Source: Xylographa opegraphella
Taxonomy: Eukaryota
Assembly (NCBI GenBank): GCA_022813865.1
Contig: JALDZX010000030.1
Location: forward strand, 186,001-250,000
DNA: 64,000 nt
Direction of reading: 5' to 3'
The position numbers and the translations under genes are program-made. Shown here piece by piece: positions 25,629-35,852 of this stretch (position 1 is its first letter; each line of letters starts with the position of its first letter). The notes beneath the pieces were generated by a model. The model did no database searches and had not been told where the DNA came from. It saw nothing but the letters and a program-made list of their open reading frames with translations.

Positions 25629-26132
25629 TCACCCTTTGAATCTCCGCAAGGAGTCCTGCGGCATTCTTAGTTGGCTTTTCATTGGTGTGTGGGGGGGGAG
25701 GGGGGTTTAATTTGGGAACTGTACTTCCGTCACTTTCTGCACGCTGCGCGCGCTGATGCCTTTCTCGCCTCGCTGTTGGAACTAGGTGGATGCTTCGTGG
25801 AGGGGGCTGGGTGGGGGGGGGTGGGGGGTTAGTGTGCTGCTGTTTTGGTTTGCTGCCATCTCTTGGCCGGTGTGGTTGCTGAGTGGGTGGGGGTCGGGAG
25901 TCGCGGAACGAGAGGGCGAGGTGTGCTTGAAGAGGGAGTGGGGAGACTCACTGTTGGAGGAAGAGTATGTAGTCGAGGAAGATCTGGAAGTGGAGGAGTC
26001 AGCGCGAGGTGGAGAGAGGTGTGGGGGAAAGCGCACCAGGATGTCGGCGTTCTTGCTCGCGTTGCAGCCCGAGTGCGCTTTGATGATGCGCCGGACGGTG
26101 GAGCGGGGTTAGAGCTTTTTGGGGGGCGCCAT
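25629..26132 (-). pseudogene. CENP-W/Wip1-like histone-fold kinetochore protein with two premature stop codons
   Basis: Exons 26132-26037, 25983-25952, 25806-25725, 25655-25629 with canonical GT-AG introns give MAPPKKL*PRSTVRRIIKAHSGCNASKNADIL|IFLDYILFLQ|HPLHEAST*FQQRGEKGISARSVQKVTE|DSLRRFKG (78 codons plus the terminal stop). Internal stops: TAA 26111-26109 and TAG 25784-25782. Confidence 0.82.
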
Positions 26133-27159
26133 GATGGTTGGGGAGGAGTGGAGGTAGAGAGCGACGGGGGTTGTGGGTTGTGGAGTGTGCGGGATGGATG
26201 GTGGTTGTTTACTTTGGGTCGATGCGTTGTGGTTGGATGGAATGGCCTTGGCGGCTGTGCTGACTAAAAATTGCCAAGCGTGTCAGCGACTTCTGGCGGC
26301 CTCCGGCCGTTGACTTTGTCGGAGATTATGTGCTGTACAAGCCTATGAGGAGTTGATGTACATACAGAAGGTTGTGCATAGACAGGTAGATGTATAGGAG
26401 TGCTAATGTACATACAGAAGTACTCATGCGCAGAAGCACTGATGCAGAATGCTTCGTTCGTTGTCATGCTGATACTATGCCTTCATGATTTCTGTTTCGT
26501 TCATTGTACCATGAAGATTATATATGATGTGATGATGTATTTTCTATATTACGATCGTGAAAGAGCCACAGAGAGCATCATTGTATGTGCAGATGATATA
26601 TCTTTGCCTGTCGTCGCAATGTGTCAAAAGTAAGTCAACTTTCAGGTCGTCTATTCTGGCGCATTGTTGTGTGGTGGCGAATATCGTCATCCGTTGGTGG
26701 GCCCATACTTAGAGAGCTATGGCTACAGTCCAGAAGATGGAAGGGTATCTCAATCGAGTGTTTCAAAAAGCAAAAGAACTACCGAGTAATATATGGGGAA
26801 GACTATGAGACTCCTACCAACAAGTTGGTTAAGCCGCGCGACGGTCCATATATTACTTTGAAAGCTGGAACAATTCCGTTGCGGGAATCGAACTCTATTC
26901 TCCAGGGATTTAAACCTGCCAAGTTGTATCCAGGGTTATGCTGGCCAGGCTAAACACACAATGATCTCTTGTGATGACCAAATCACTTATTATAATATAT
27001 ATAGCTTGATTGCCCACCACATTCACGCTCACGCTAACGCTAACGAGTCCAATCCTCCGATGTCATCCACAATATTGACCGTCAGTGTATAACTTTGATC
27101 ATTATCTAACAGCTACTTTCATATCCATTCCTATATTTACTACCCACATAATCACCATC

Positions 27160-27855
27160 ATGACGACTCACAAGACCGCCCAGCACAAGTCCAAGACCCG
27201 CGAGGCTCGCATTGCGCGTCGTCTAGAGAAACAGAAGAATCGCCTGGAATCAGCTGGTATGGACTCTCCGTTCGATATCTTATGAGACCGTGTCACCATC
27301 ACTTCCATATGCTCTGATTCCTTGATTGAACGACAATACTAACGTCACTAAGTGTCTGCGGCAGAGGCCGCCCGTGCCACTGCGCGTTCCATCGAGATCC
27401 AGACGCATCTCAAAGCCGCACGCCTCCACAATTGCAAGCTGTTTTCGAGGATGATACGTCATGGATTACTACATGACAAGACCGGCAACTATCTACGAAA
27501 ACGATACAGCCGAAAGGGCCAGAGGGCCAAATTCAAGGAAATTGTGGAGGCGGAGAAGCACGGCGGCAATCTGGCCGGCGAGTTGATGTGGAAGAAGCTG
27601 ACGGAGGCCTCGTACTGGCAAGAAGAAGAGGCGACCGTGCCTAGGTGGGCCAAAGGCCTGAAGCCGGAAGATGAGGAGGGGGCGGGGGCGGTAGAGGATG
27701 AAGAGGAGGAAGGGGAGGAAGAGGAGGAAGAAGAGGAGGGTGAGGAGGAGAAGGAGAAGGAGGAAGAAGAGGAGAAGGAGGAAGAGGAGGAGGAGGGTGA
27801 AGAGCAGGCGAGCAAGAAGAAGTGGCCGAAGACCTTCGAGCTTGTCATAAGATGA
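27160..27855 (+). CDS. Hypothetical 199-aa protein with basic N-terminus and poly-Glu C-terminal tract
   Basis: Exons 27160-27256 and 27353-27855 (intron GTATGG...ACTAAC...TAAG), 200 codons; AT-rich TATA-like region near 26990-27003. Confidence 0.65.
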
Positions 27856-27902
27856 TACACGTAAGTCGTTGTTTGCTGCACTATCTACACCATCTACCAC
27901 AG

Positions 27903-28896
27903 CTAACTCTTATCATTCTCGCCGAACTTGTTGTTAAAGAAGCCCCTGAAATGCTTCTTCAGCCCCGCTTGAGAAAGAGCCTCGACTTCTTTCGGTGTCA
28001 TTGAGAACGTCGTTGCTCTTAAATAGTCGCTCAATCGCTCCTCCTTGTTACTGGTAGTAATGGGAATAACTTGCTGATCAAGACACCATCTCAAACAGAT
28101 CTCTCCCTCACTCACAAAGTACTTCTTCGCCAGCGATGCCAGCATCTCGTCACATGGTCCCGGCTTTGCCTTTGTAATAGCGGTCAGAGGCCCATACGCT
28201 TGCATTGCAATACCTTTGGAGTGCATGTACGGCAGCAGATCACCACGCTGGAGATATAAATGAAATTCCGTCTGATTAATACTTGGGGGCACACTGGCAG
28301 TACGGAGGACGGCTTCGAGGTGCGATTGCAGGAAGTTTGAAACACCGATAGACTTTGCTTTTCCATCTTTCTTTACTTGTTCCATCTCCTGCCATTTTGC
28401 TTGTAGCTCTGCGTCTGAGGAGGCGAAGAAAGGGGAATGAATTAGATATCTGCGGTGTCATGAGTCAATTTCCGTTGGATATTGATTCGAGATACCTCAC
28501 AGGTCTACGTAGTCTAGCTGAAGCTTCTTCAGGCTCTCGTTGATGGCGTTAGGAATGTCTGCAATGTTTGACATAACCTTGGTGGTTACAAAGAGCTTGT
28601 CGCGTGCAACACCGCTTTCTTTGATGGCAACCCCCAGTTCTGATTCGTTGTTGTAGACTTCGGCGCCGTCAAGATGGTGATAGCCCATTTTGATAGCCAT
28701 CTTGATGGCTTCCACAAGGTCCCGATCAACCTTTCCGTCTGACTTCTTGGCCCGGGCTGTTCCAGTGCCGTAGCCAATCTGGAAGCATGGATTAGTGTTG
28801 CATTCTTTGAGGGGGAAAATATTCAAATCTTGCCATTGGGATTGAAGTCCCATCATTCAACTTCAAGGACGGTACATTGATATCGAGACCAGCCAT
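27903..28896 (-). CDS. Aldo-keto reductase
   Basis: Exons 28896-28834, 28778-28501, 28449-27903 (296 codons). LNDGTSIPM|IGYGTGT, GYHHLDGAEVY, LFVTTK, LDYVDLYLIHSP, KSIGVSNF, INQTEFH motifs. First intron is GC-AG. Confidence 0.93.
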
Positions 28897-29302
28897 CGCT
28901 GCGGTTGAACTGCTAAAGGTCCGATGGTATATTTTTCGTGGTCGCGGATAGATTAAACAAGATGAACTGGGTTGGAATCTGACTGTATAGCTACTCCAAT
29001 ATCTATAAGAAGTTCTACAAATTGAAGCAAACGAGCTTGTGGTTCTACAGCAATTCATCGGGGACATTCTCAACATTACAAATGCAACCTCCAAAACACG
29101 CCCGCATATGACGACTGAGTTGCCCGATTGGGGCACAGGGTCTGGCCCTACAATCGCTAGTCTAGCCCTAAGGCATGAAAGGCTTGACTTGACAGGGATT
29201 AGGGTGATAAATGACCGTTGAATGACGCCATTTCTACACATCTCAATATCAGTGGTGTGAGACGCGACTCGAGAAACTACCTCTTATAAGCTGTTAGATT
29301 GC

Positions 29303-31288
29303 ATGCGAAGAATCTCTTTCGTAACCTATGTTTTGATGCTTGCTGCTGTTCATCTGCATATGATCTTGAGGGATCTGGCGCGTCGCCACTGCATCCCTAA
29401 TCTACGACTATTCCAGATGAATGGGCATTTTGCTAGTAGCGCCACCAATGGCCTCAAACAAAGCAAGACCAACGAGGGCGTGTCTATAGCGGACCTCCCG
29501 AAGTCGAACATCTTCACTTCAAATCTCCCGGCCGACGAGAAGTTTCCTACTCCTTTGAGCTCCTATAATGCGCCCCGAAATGCCCTCGGTCCACGCATGG
29601 TTAAAAATGCAACCTATACCTACGTCCGCCCGGAAGAAGTGGAGGAGCCAGAGCTCCTTGCTGTCAGTCCGCGTGCACTACAAGACATTGGTCTCCATCC
29701 CAGCGAAGCAACCAGTGCCGATTTCACAGCTCTTGTTGCTGGTAATAAAATACTATGGGATCCCTCCACCCAAACCGGCATCTACTCTTGGGCGCAGTGC
29801 TATGGTGGCTGGCAATTTGGCTCGTGGGCTGGCCAGCTAGGTGACGGCCGTGCCATCTCCCTCTTCGAGAGTACCAATCCTGCCACTGGCATCCGCTACG
29901 AGATCCAGCTCAAAGGTGCTGGCAAAACTCCCTATTCCCGCTTCGCAGACGGCAAGGCGGTCCTCCGTTCGAGTATCCGCGAGTTCCTTGTCTCCGAGTA
30001 CCTCAATGCCCTGAAAATTCCCACTACCCGTGCACTAGCCCTCACTCTCACCCCAAATGCCCGAGTCCGACGCGAGCGGATGGAACCGGGTGCCATTGTC
30101 TGCCGCTTCGCCCAGTCATGGCTTCGGATTGGGACGTTCGACATCCTCCGCGCACGTGGCGACCGAGCTCTCATCCGCCGCCTAGCTACTTACCTCGCCG
30201 AGCACGTCTTCTCTGGCTGGGAATCCCTCGCTCCTTCTCTCGCATCCCCAGATCCCGAAGTCAATCGTTTCAGTCATCTCTATAGCCATATCGTACACCT
30301 CAATGCTCGCACAGTCGCCGCCTGGCAGGCATACGGCTTCACCAATGGCGTCCTCAACACGGACAACACCTCGCTCATGGGCCTCTCCCTCGACTTTGGG
30401 CCCTTCGCCTTCCTCGACAATTTCGACCCCGCCTACACCCCCAACCATGACGACCATCTTCTTCGTTATGCGTACCGTGCCCAACCTTCTGTCATCTGGT
30501 GGAACCTTGTCCGACTCGGCGAATCCCTCGGCGAGCTCATCGGCGCCGGCTCGCGAGTCGACGACCCCGCCTTCATCTCCTCCGGCGTCTCGGAATCCTT
30601 TACTCCAGAACTTACCAGCCGTGCGGAAATGCTAATCGAAGCTGCGGGCGAGGATTACAAGGCCACCTTCTTGGCGGAGTACAAGCGGCTTATGACGCTG
30701 CGGCTAGGACTCAAGACGCAGAAGGAGTCGGACTTCGAAGTTCTGATGTCCGAGCTACTCGACACGCTGGAGGCGCTGGAACTGGACTTCCACCATTTCT
30801 TCCGGCGGCTGAGTACCCTGTCGCTGGCGGAGATAGAGACGCACGAGAAGCGTCTGGCTGTTGCGCCAAGGTTCTTCCACGAGGAAGGGGTAACAGGAAT
30901 CGGGAACACGGTGGAGAGCGCGAGTGGGCGCATTGCGAAGTGGTTGGAACTGTGGGAAAGGAGGGTCAGAGAAGATTGGACGGGTGATAATGAGCGCGTC
31001 AATGGCAAGGAGCTGGCGAGCGACACGAATGAGACCACAACTCCGGCGGACACCGAACGACAACGTGCTATGAAAGCCGTGAATCCAAATTTCGTCGCGC
31101 GCGGCTGGGTGTTGGACGAGATCATTGAGCGCGTGAGCAAAGGCGAGAGGGAAGTGCTGCAGACCGCGATCAAGATGGGAAGTGCGCCCTTTGAGGATCG
31201 GTGGGAGGAAGTTGGGGAGGAGGGAGAGAGGTGGGTGAGAGATCCACCGAGCACGGAACGCATGAAGATGTGTAGTTGTAGTTCGTGA
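29303..31288 (+). CDS. selO: Protein adenylyltransferase SelO (YdiU/UPF0061/Fmp40)
   Basis: YGGWQFGSWAGQLGDGRA, IQLKGAGKTPYSRFADGKAVLRSSIREF, GVLNTDN, DFGPFAF, VNPNF and C-terminal CSCSS. True start may be a downstream Met. Confidence 0.95.
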   Translation: MRRISFVTYVLMLAAVHLHMILRDLARRHCIPNLRLFQMNGHFASSATNGLKQSKTNEGVSIADLPKSNIFTSNLPADEKFPTPLSSYNAPRNALGPRMVKNATYTYVRPEEVEEPELLAVSPRALQDIGLHPSEATSADFTALVAGNKILWDPSTQTGIYSWAQCYGGWQFGSWAGQLGDGRAISLFESTNPATGIRYEIQLKGAGKTPYSRFADGKAVLRSSIREFLVSEYLNALKIPTTRALALTLTPNARVRRERMEPGAIVCRFAQSWLRIGTFDILRARGDRALIRRLATYLAEHVFSGWESLAPSLASPDPEVNRFSHLYSHIVHLNARTVAAWQAYGFTNGVLNTDNTSLMGLSLDFGPFAFLDNFDPAYTPNHDDHLLRYAYRAQPSVIWWNLVRLGESLGELIGAGSRVDDPAFISSGVSESFTPELTSRAEMLIEAAGEDYKATFLAEYKRLMTLRLGLKTQKESDFEVLMSELLDTLEALELDFHHFFRRLSTLSLAEIETHEKRLAVAPRFFHEEGVTGIGNTVESASGRIAKWLELWERRVREDWTGDNERVNGKELASDTNETTTPADTERQRAMKAVNPNFVARGWVLDEIIERVSKGEREVLQTAIKMGSAPFEDRWEEVGEEGERWVRDPPSTERMKMCSCSS

Positions 31289-32206
31289 GGTAGGAGAGCG
31301 GAGGGGAGATGTTAAGGGGGCGTGTCAATTTATATATTTGGGTGTTTGTGGTGCAGGATTTAGGTAGGTTCAACATGAGGTATGGTGGGTTGGGCAGGGA
31401 AAAGACATTGCATCTATGGCTCAGTCCTGGATCGTTGAGGCGTGTAATTGTCTTGACGGATAATATATCATTTGATAGCCAATAGCGCTAGTCTGCATGT
31501 TTAGGGTTGTACGCAGAATATGCAATGGACTGTAAAAGTAGATGACCCATTCCTTGACCTCGACTCAGCGCTCATGAGGGTAGATGTATATTGGCTCTGA
31601 TGCATTAACCCTACAAAGGGTAAATGCCTCGGCAGGGATGTCAAGCATCCCTGTCAGAAAGTGTGCTTTTCCATCCTTAAATTCAAGGCGTGTAGGCACA
31701 TCATAATACGCAACGATCCCGCCTACTTCTCAGCGTGGAATCTTCATCATTAGCTTTCGAAAGTACGATTATGATTACGATGACAGTTACAGTTGTCGGA
31801 AAGAGTTACTCAAAAGACAATGGGTGGGAGGAGTGCTTGGCAGTGCATCTTTGCCTCGCTCAGGCAGGACACCCTCTTCGTCAACCTTGACTCGTGATTC
31901 GTGGTCGATGCTGCTCGACGAATCCGGGCGTCCAATGGTCCACGGCGCGTGGTGGTGGGGTGCACTGGTGGCCCGACCAGCAGAAGCTGTGCACTGAATG
32001 CTGCTTGTCAAATCTGCAATAAATGATGAAGATGGTGGATGTGTAATGTTTGTATCTCGTGCGAGATCCATTCATGTTCATTCATTTATCAATTGCCAAC
32101 CATATGTATCTCTAGCGTAGACATTGCTTACAGTCATCCTGACATTTCGTGCAACGGGGCTGTGCCAGCAAGTGTTTCCTGATTGCAGTGTCTGATTTCT
32201 GGCATC

Positions 32207-34540
32207 ATGTCTGTCTCTACGCAGTTCCAACTCGGTTTGGAGCTTACGAAGATCTTTCCAATCCGCGAAGTCGCCGGTAGCGTCTACAACAAGGTGATGA
32301 ATTATGCAAGGGATCTTCGTAAAACAGGCTCGGATCTGGTAGTCGAGGAAGACCTTGCGGCAATCTTTGGTCGTGGGAGGCTCGAAGCGTCGTTGGAGCT
32401 GAAATTCCGAGAAGAGGTTCTCAAGGATATGGATTTCATTCCGATCCAACATGGAAGCGAGATTGGTGTGGATACGCGACCAGGTCCAACGTTGAACCGA
32501 GCCTTGAGGGAGAAGGACCGCTACTATCTCTCAGCCGTCGTACAGTTATCACTACTTGGCTGGTTCCACAAAAGGGCAGATCTTGCCGCCGCGCTCACGG
32601 AATGTATGCGCAAGCGCTTCACTCAAAAACTTCCCGACTCACGACCTGACCCAGGATATGAAGGCATCTTGGGTACGCTGTATGCGTGCAGTTCCCAAAC
32701 CTCGAATTTTCCGTGGAACCTGTATACGCAACAGGTTCAAGCAAAGCTATCTGCTGGGTTTCAGCAAAGTATCAGTGCCGGTGTACATATACGCCATCCT
32801 TCTCTGAACACGATACCACCTCACACATTATTGGCTTTCATGGATTACCTGTACTTGGTTCAAGCATTCCCCGAGGAAAGAAAGATACGAGTGAGTAACC
32901 AAAATGGCCTTGTCCCCCTTGTCATATGGGCGCATCATCTTCTCTCTCTCACTGTCGTTGTTCGAGGAATACCTGGTGGCGATGTCAGATTTGGCGTCGA
33001 TCCATCCCCTCAGGTATCGATACTTTGGAAGTCTGACTACGGAGGACGGTATGGACTACCTGCCGATGTCTCTCTTTTGGATAGCGCTATGTCGGTGGTA
33101 TTACGTGTCGACCGCAAGGACATCAAACTACACAGTATCTCTCATTATGAAAGACATCCTGTCAGAGATTACGGGACCACATGGCTCCGGAGAAAGTTCA
33201 ATTCGTACTGCTTGATTTCAGACGACGATCCTCTTTTTCAAGAAGTCGTCCAGCTTCTGGTAGCTATGGCTATAATCGTCTCCAAACGGCTTGTCCATGT
33301 TCATTCACGAGATGGATTTTCATCGCTCGATCCGGTAAAAGAGAAAAGCTCCCCGTCCCGGACTCTGGAAGTTGATCGATGGGCTATCTATGAAGCTGCT
33401 GCGGCCTTGTTTTCCGACATTCATTTCGCGAGGAAACAGATCGAATCTTATGTATCCAAGATTGCCGATACGAGGATACTGGCAGATGTCCCGCAACCAT
33501 CGTGCCTCGAAAGCTACCTCAAGCGTAGACCTGAAACGGGCGTTCAAGGTGCCAATAAGCACACATATACCGAAGCCGAATTAGATCTGCTTGTCCTTAT
33601 TATTTTAACATTTGCTATCGTCCCAAGTCTTCAGGATTGTGCGGAGATGCCAATTTCTCTTTCACACCATCCTTTAAGAAGGACGAAAATCTCCAAGCGG
33701 CTCTTCACCGCGGAGGGGCATATTCCGGTGGACGAAGCTGACTTTTTCGAGGTGGCAGCCATGCTGCTGGCACCCGAAGTCCTCGATATCGAGAAGCCGG
33801 AATCCCGCGATTCATTCCTGATCAGCGACTTTGGATGGAGTCTCTCTTTACACAATGTTGGAGACAATGATCCAGCGACCGTAGGCATAGGGAGGTACTG
33901 TTTTAAGAAAGGAGTCCCAATAAACGTTCAGACTGGAGAACGTAAGTATAGGATGCGAGACCTAGGGCAGGGGGAACATAACATCGGCTTTGCAGACTCG
34001 CCGCTTCGAATACTGTACGATAGAGGAGACTCGTACCTCTCCCGTTCCGCCGCCATCGTGTCAACACGCATAGTGGAGTACAGCACGATCGCAGATGCTT
34101 TTCTCCTGAATCTGGATTATCAGCTCGTGGACCTGACGGTGAAAGCGGACGAAGAACTGACGCCGGACGAACTGTACTGCATGCAGCATCCGCAGCTAAC
34201 GTCTGGCTTTCGCGCGCTTTATCGCAGTCTCTGGCGAGTGCACATTGGGCCCAGCTGTGACCATCAGCCGCATCCCGAGCATCCTTTGCCACTCCGAATG
34301 GACATGGTCACCGCCTCGGCTCTCGACTGGGCCACCGAAGGTACGGAGGAAGACCCTGACGGCGTAGCGGAAAGAATTGCCATTTGCTTGACGAAGGGAG
34401 ACCGTCATATGCGCTGGTTGGCGGTCCAGGCAGCAGCACTCAGTCCGGTGCGGCAAACGATGCTTCGGGGAGATGGCTGTGAGGAATGCACGGTGGATGT
34501 GGTGGCCCGGTTACCAGGGAAGTGGATCGTCGTTCTGTAG
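32207..34540 (+). CDS. Uncharacterised 777-aa fungal protein
   Basis: Long intronless ORF with globular-protein composition; N-terminal STQFQLGLELTK and ARDLRKTGSDLVVEEDLA..FGRGR; C-terminal CDH...CEEC. Confidence 0.85.
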   Translation: MSVSTQFQLGLELTKIFPIREVAGSVYNKVMNYARDLRKTGSDLVVEEDLAAIFGRGRLEASLELKFREEVLKDMDFIPIQHGSEIGVDTRPGPTLNRALREKDRYYLSAVVQLSLLGWFHKRADLAAALTECMRKRFTQKLPDSRPDPGYEGILGTLYACSSQTSNFPWNLYTQQVQAKLSAGFQQSISAGVHIRHPSLNTIPPHTLLAFMDYLYLVQAFPEERKIRVSNQNGLVPLVIWAHHLLSLTVVVRGIPGGDVRFGVDPSPQVSILWKSDYGGRYGLPADVSLLDSAMSVVLRVDRKDIKLHSISHYERHPVRDYGTTWLRRKFNSYCLISDDDPLFQEVVQLLVAMAIIVSKRLVHVHSRDGFSSLDPVKEKSSPSRTLEVDRWAIYEAAAALFSDIHFARKQIESYVSKIADTRILADVPQPSCLESYLKRRPETGVQGANKHTYTEAELDLLVLIILTFAIVPSLQDCAEMPISLSHHPLRRTKISKRLFTAEGHIPVDEADFFEVAAMLLAPEVLDIEKPESRDSFLISDFGWSLSLHNVGDNDPATVGIGRYCFKKGVPINVQTGERKYRMRDLGQGEHNIGFADSPLRILYDRGDSYLSRSAAIVSTRIVEYSTIADAFLLNLDYQLVDLTVKADEELTPDELYCMQHPQLTSGFRALYRSLWRVHIGPSCDHQPHPEHPLPLRMDMVTASALDWATEGTEEDPDGVAERIAICLTKGDRHMRWLAVQAAALSPVRQTMLRGDGCEECTVDVVARLPGKWIVVL

Positions 34541-35852
34541 GATGGGATTTTTGTGTTGTGGGATAGGTCGATGCGATTCGGCTTCTTGGGAATTGATGAT
34601 CGATAGAACGGATTATATCCTGGGCAGTTTGGAGCTATGGGTCACTTCAAAATATAACGAGTGCTTTGAGACGTAAGGAGAAGATGTCTCAGGCGGCAAA
34701 AAAGGGCATATTAGAATGTTTGTATGAACTGGCAATAAAACCAATGAATGGGTGCTTTGAACAGTTGGCTAGCTTGAACGGCGTTTTATGGTGGATGAAT
34801 GAATATTTGATGGCTGCCTATACAAAACTTCCCACCAGGAGGGTAATTTGACAAATATCGCAGTGTGGATGCCAAGCCCCCCGTTCGAGTGACACGACGA
34901 GAAGTACATAGCCGTGCCTGCATGACGAGCAATGAACGCCGTGCTTTCACCATGACCCGATTGACCGATTACGCTGCTGCAATGATCAGCCAGCTTGATA
35001 AGCTGTTTGCCGCCATTTCCGCCGATTCAGACTGTCTGCACAGTTTTGCTGCCTTGGTCTTGTATGTTGTTAAATGAGGCAGAACGCGGGTGGGGGCAAA
35101 GTTTCGCGGACGAAATACACTGGGATAGTGGATTGCAGGTTGTGCTTTGATTAGGCGTGGGAATGGGGTTTCTGGATAGGGCTCATAGTGGTTGGGAAGT
35201 GGGGGCGGTGATGGTTCGTATAGGTATATGGGTGCTGGGTTTCTAGAGGCTACGCTTTTGGCTTCATGCTTCACGCAGCGGGACGCTCGAGATCGAAGAC
35301 TGTGAATGTACTGATACCTGGAGTATTTTTTGGTATGGACGTATGCTAAGGGTGATTGTGATGCTGCGTGCAGAGAACTACAAAGCGTTCTGAAAGTGCA
35401 TGGAAAGAGAGCAACGTTACGTGGAGATAGTCGCCTACCGTGCTCCCGCGGGGCTCAATAGCCGCCGGAGACTCTAACCGAATGGCGTAATTTACCAGTC
35501 GAGCCAGTTTTTCCGGCCCAATCAACCGACGGCCCGTGCTGCCTCCGGTCTTATCACGATCTATATCGAAAGAGTGTTCTACAATAGCGTCGATGACTGT
35601 TTACATAACAAATCTCCCTACTTCTGGCTTCTTTCTCCAAGACCTGTCACCTGTTCTCGCTTCCTCATAGCTTGCTTCTATTTCTCGTGCCTGCACTACA
35701 TTTGTATGCCTTGCATAAGGGATCAGAAGATCGTGACCTTTTCCAGTCCCCTCACTTCGGTGGCGTTCTTTGCGTAATCAGCTGTTTCTACGATTTTCTG
35801 TTTCGGGCTCATGTGCACTTGTGGTAGGAACTTTTCTGCTTGATTGCCAGGT

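Noticed and set aside
31262..31660. Possible selenocysteine recoding of SelO (TGA stop plus downstream hairpins)
   Set aside because: The Sec-equivalent position is already Cys (CSCSS) and the TGA follows the normal C-terminus; the hairpins lack SECIS features.
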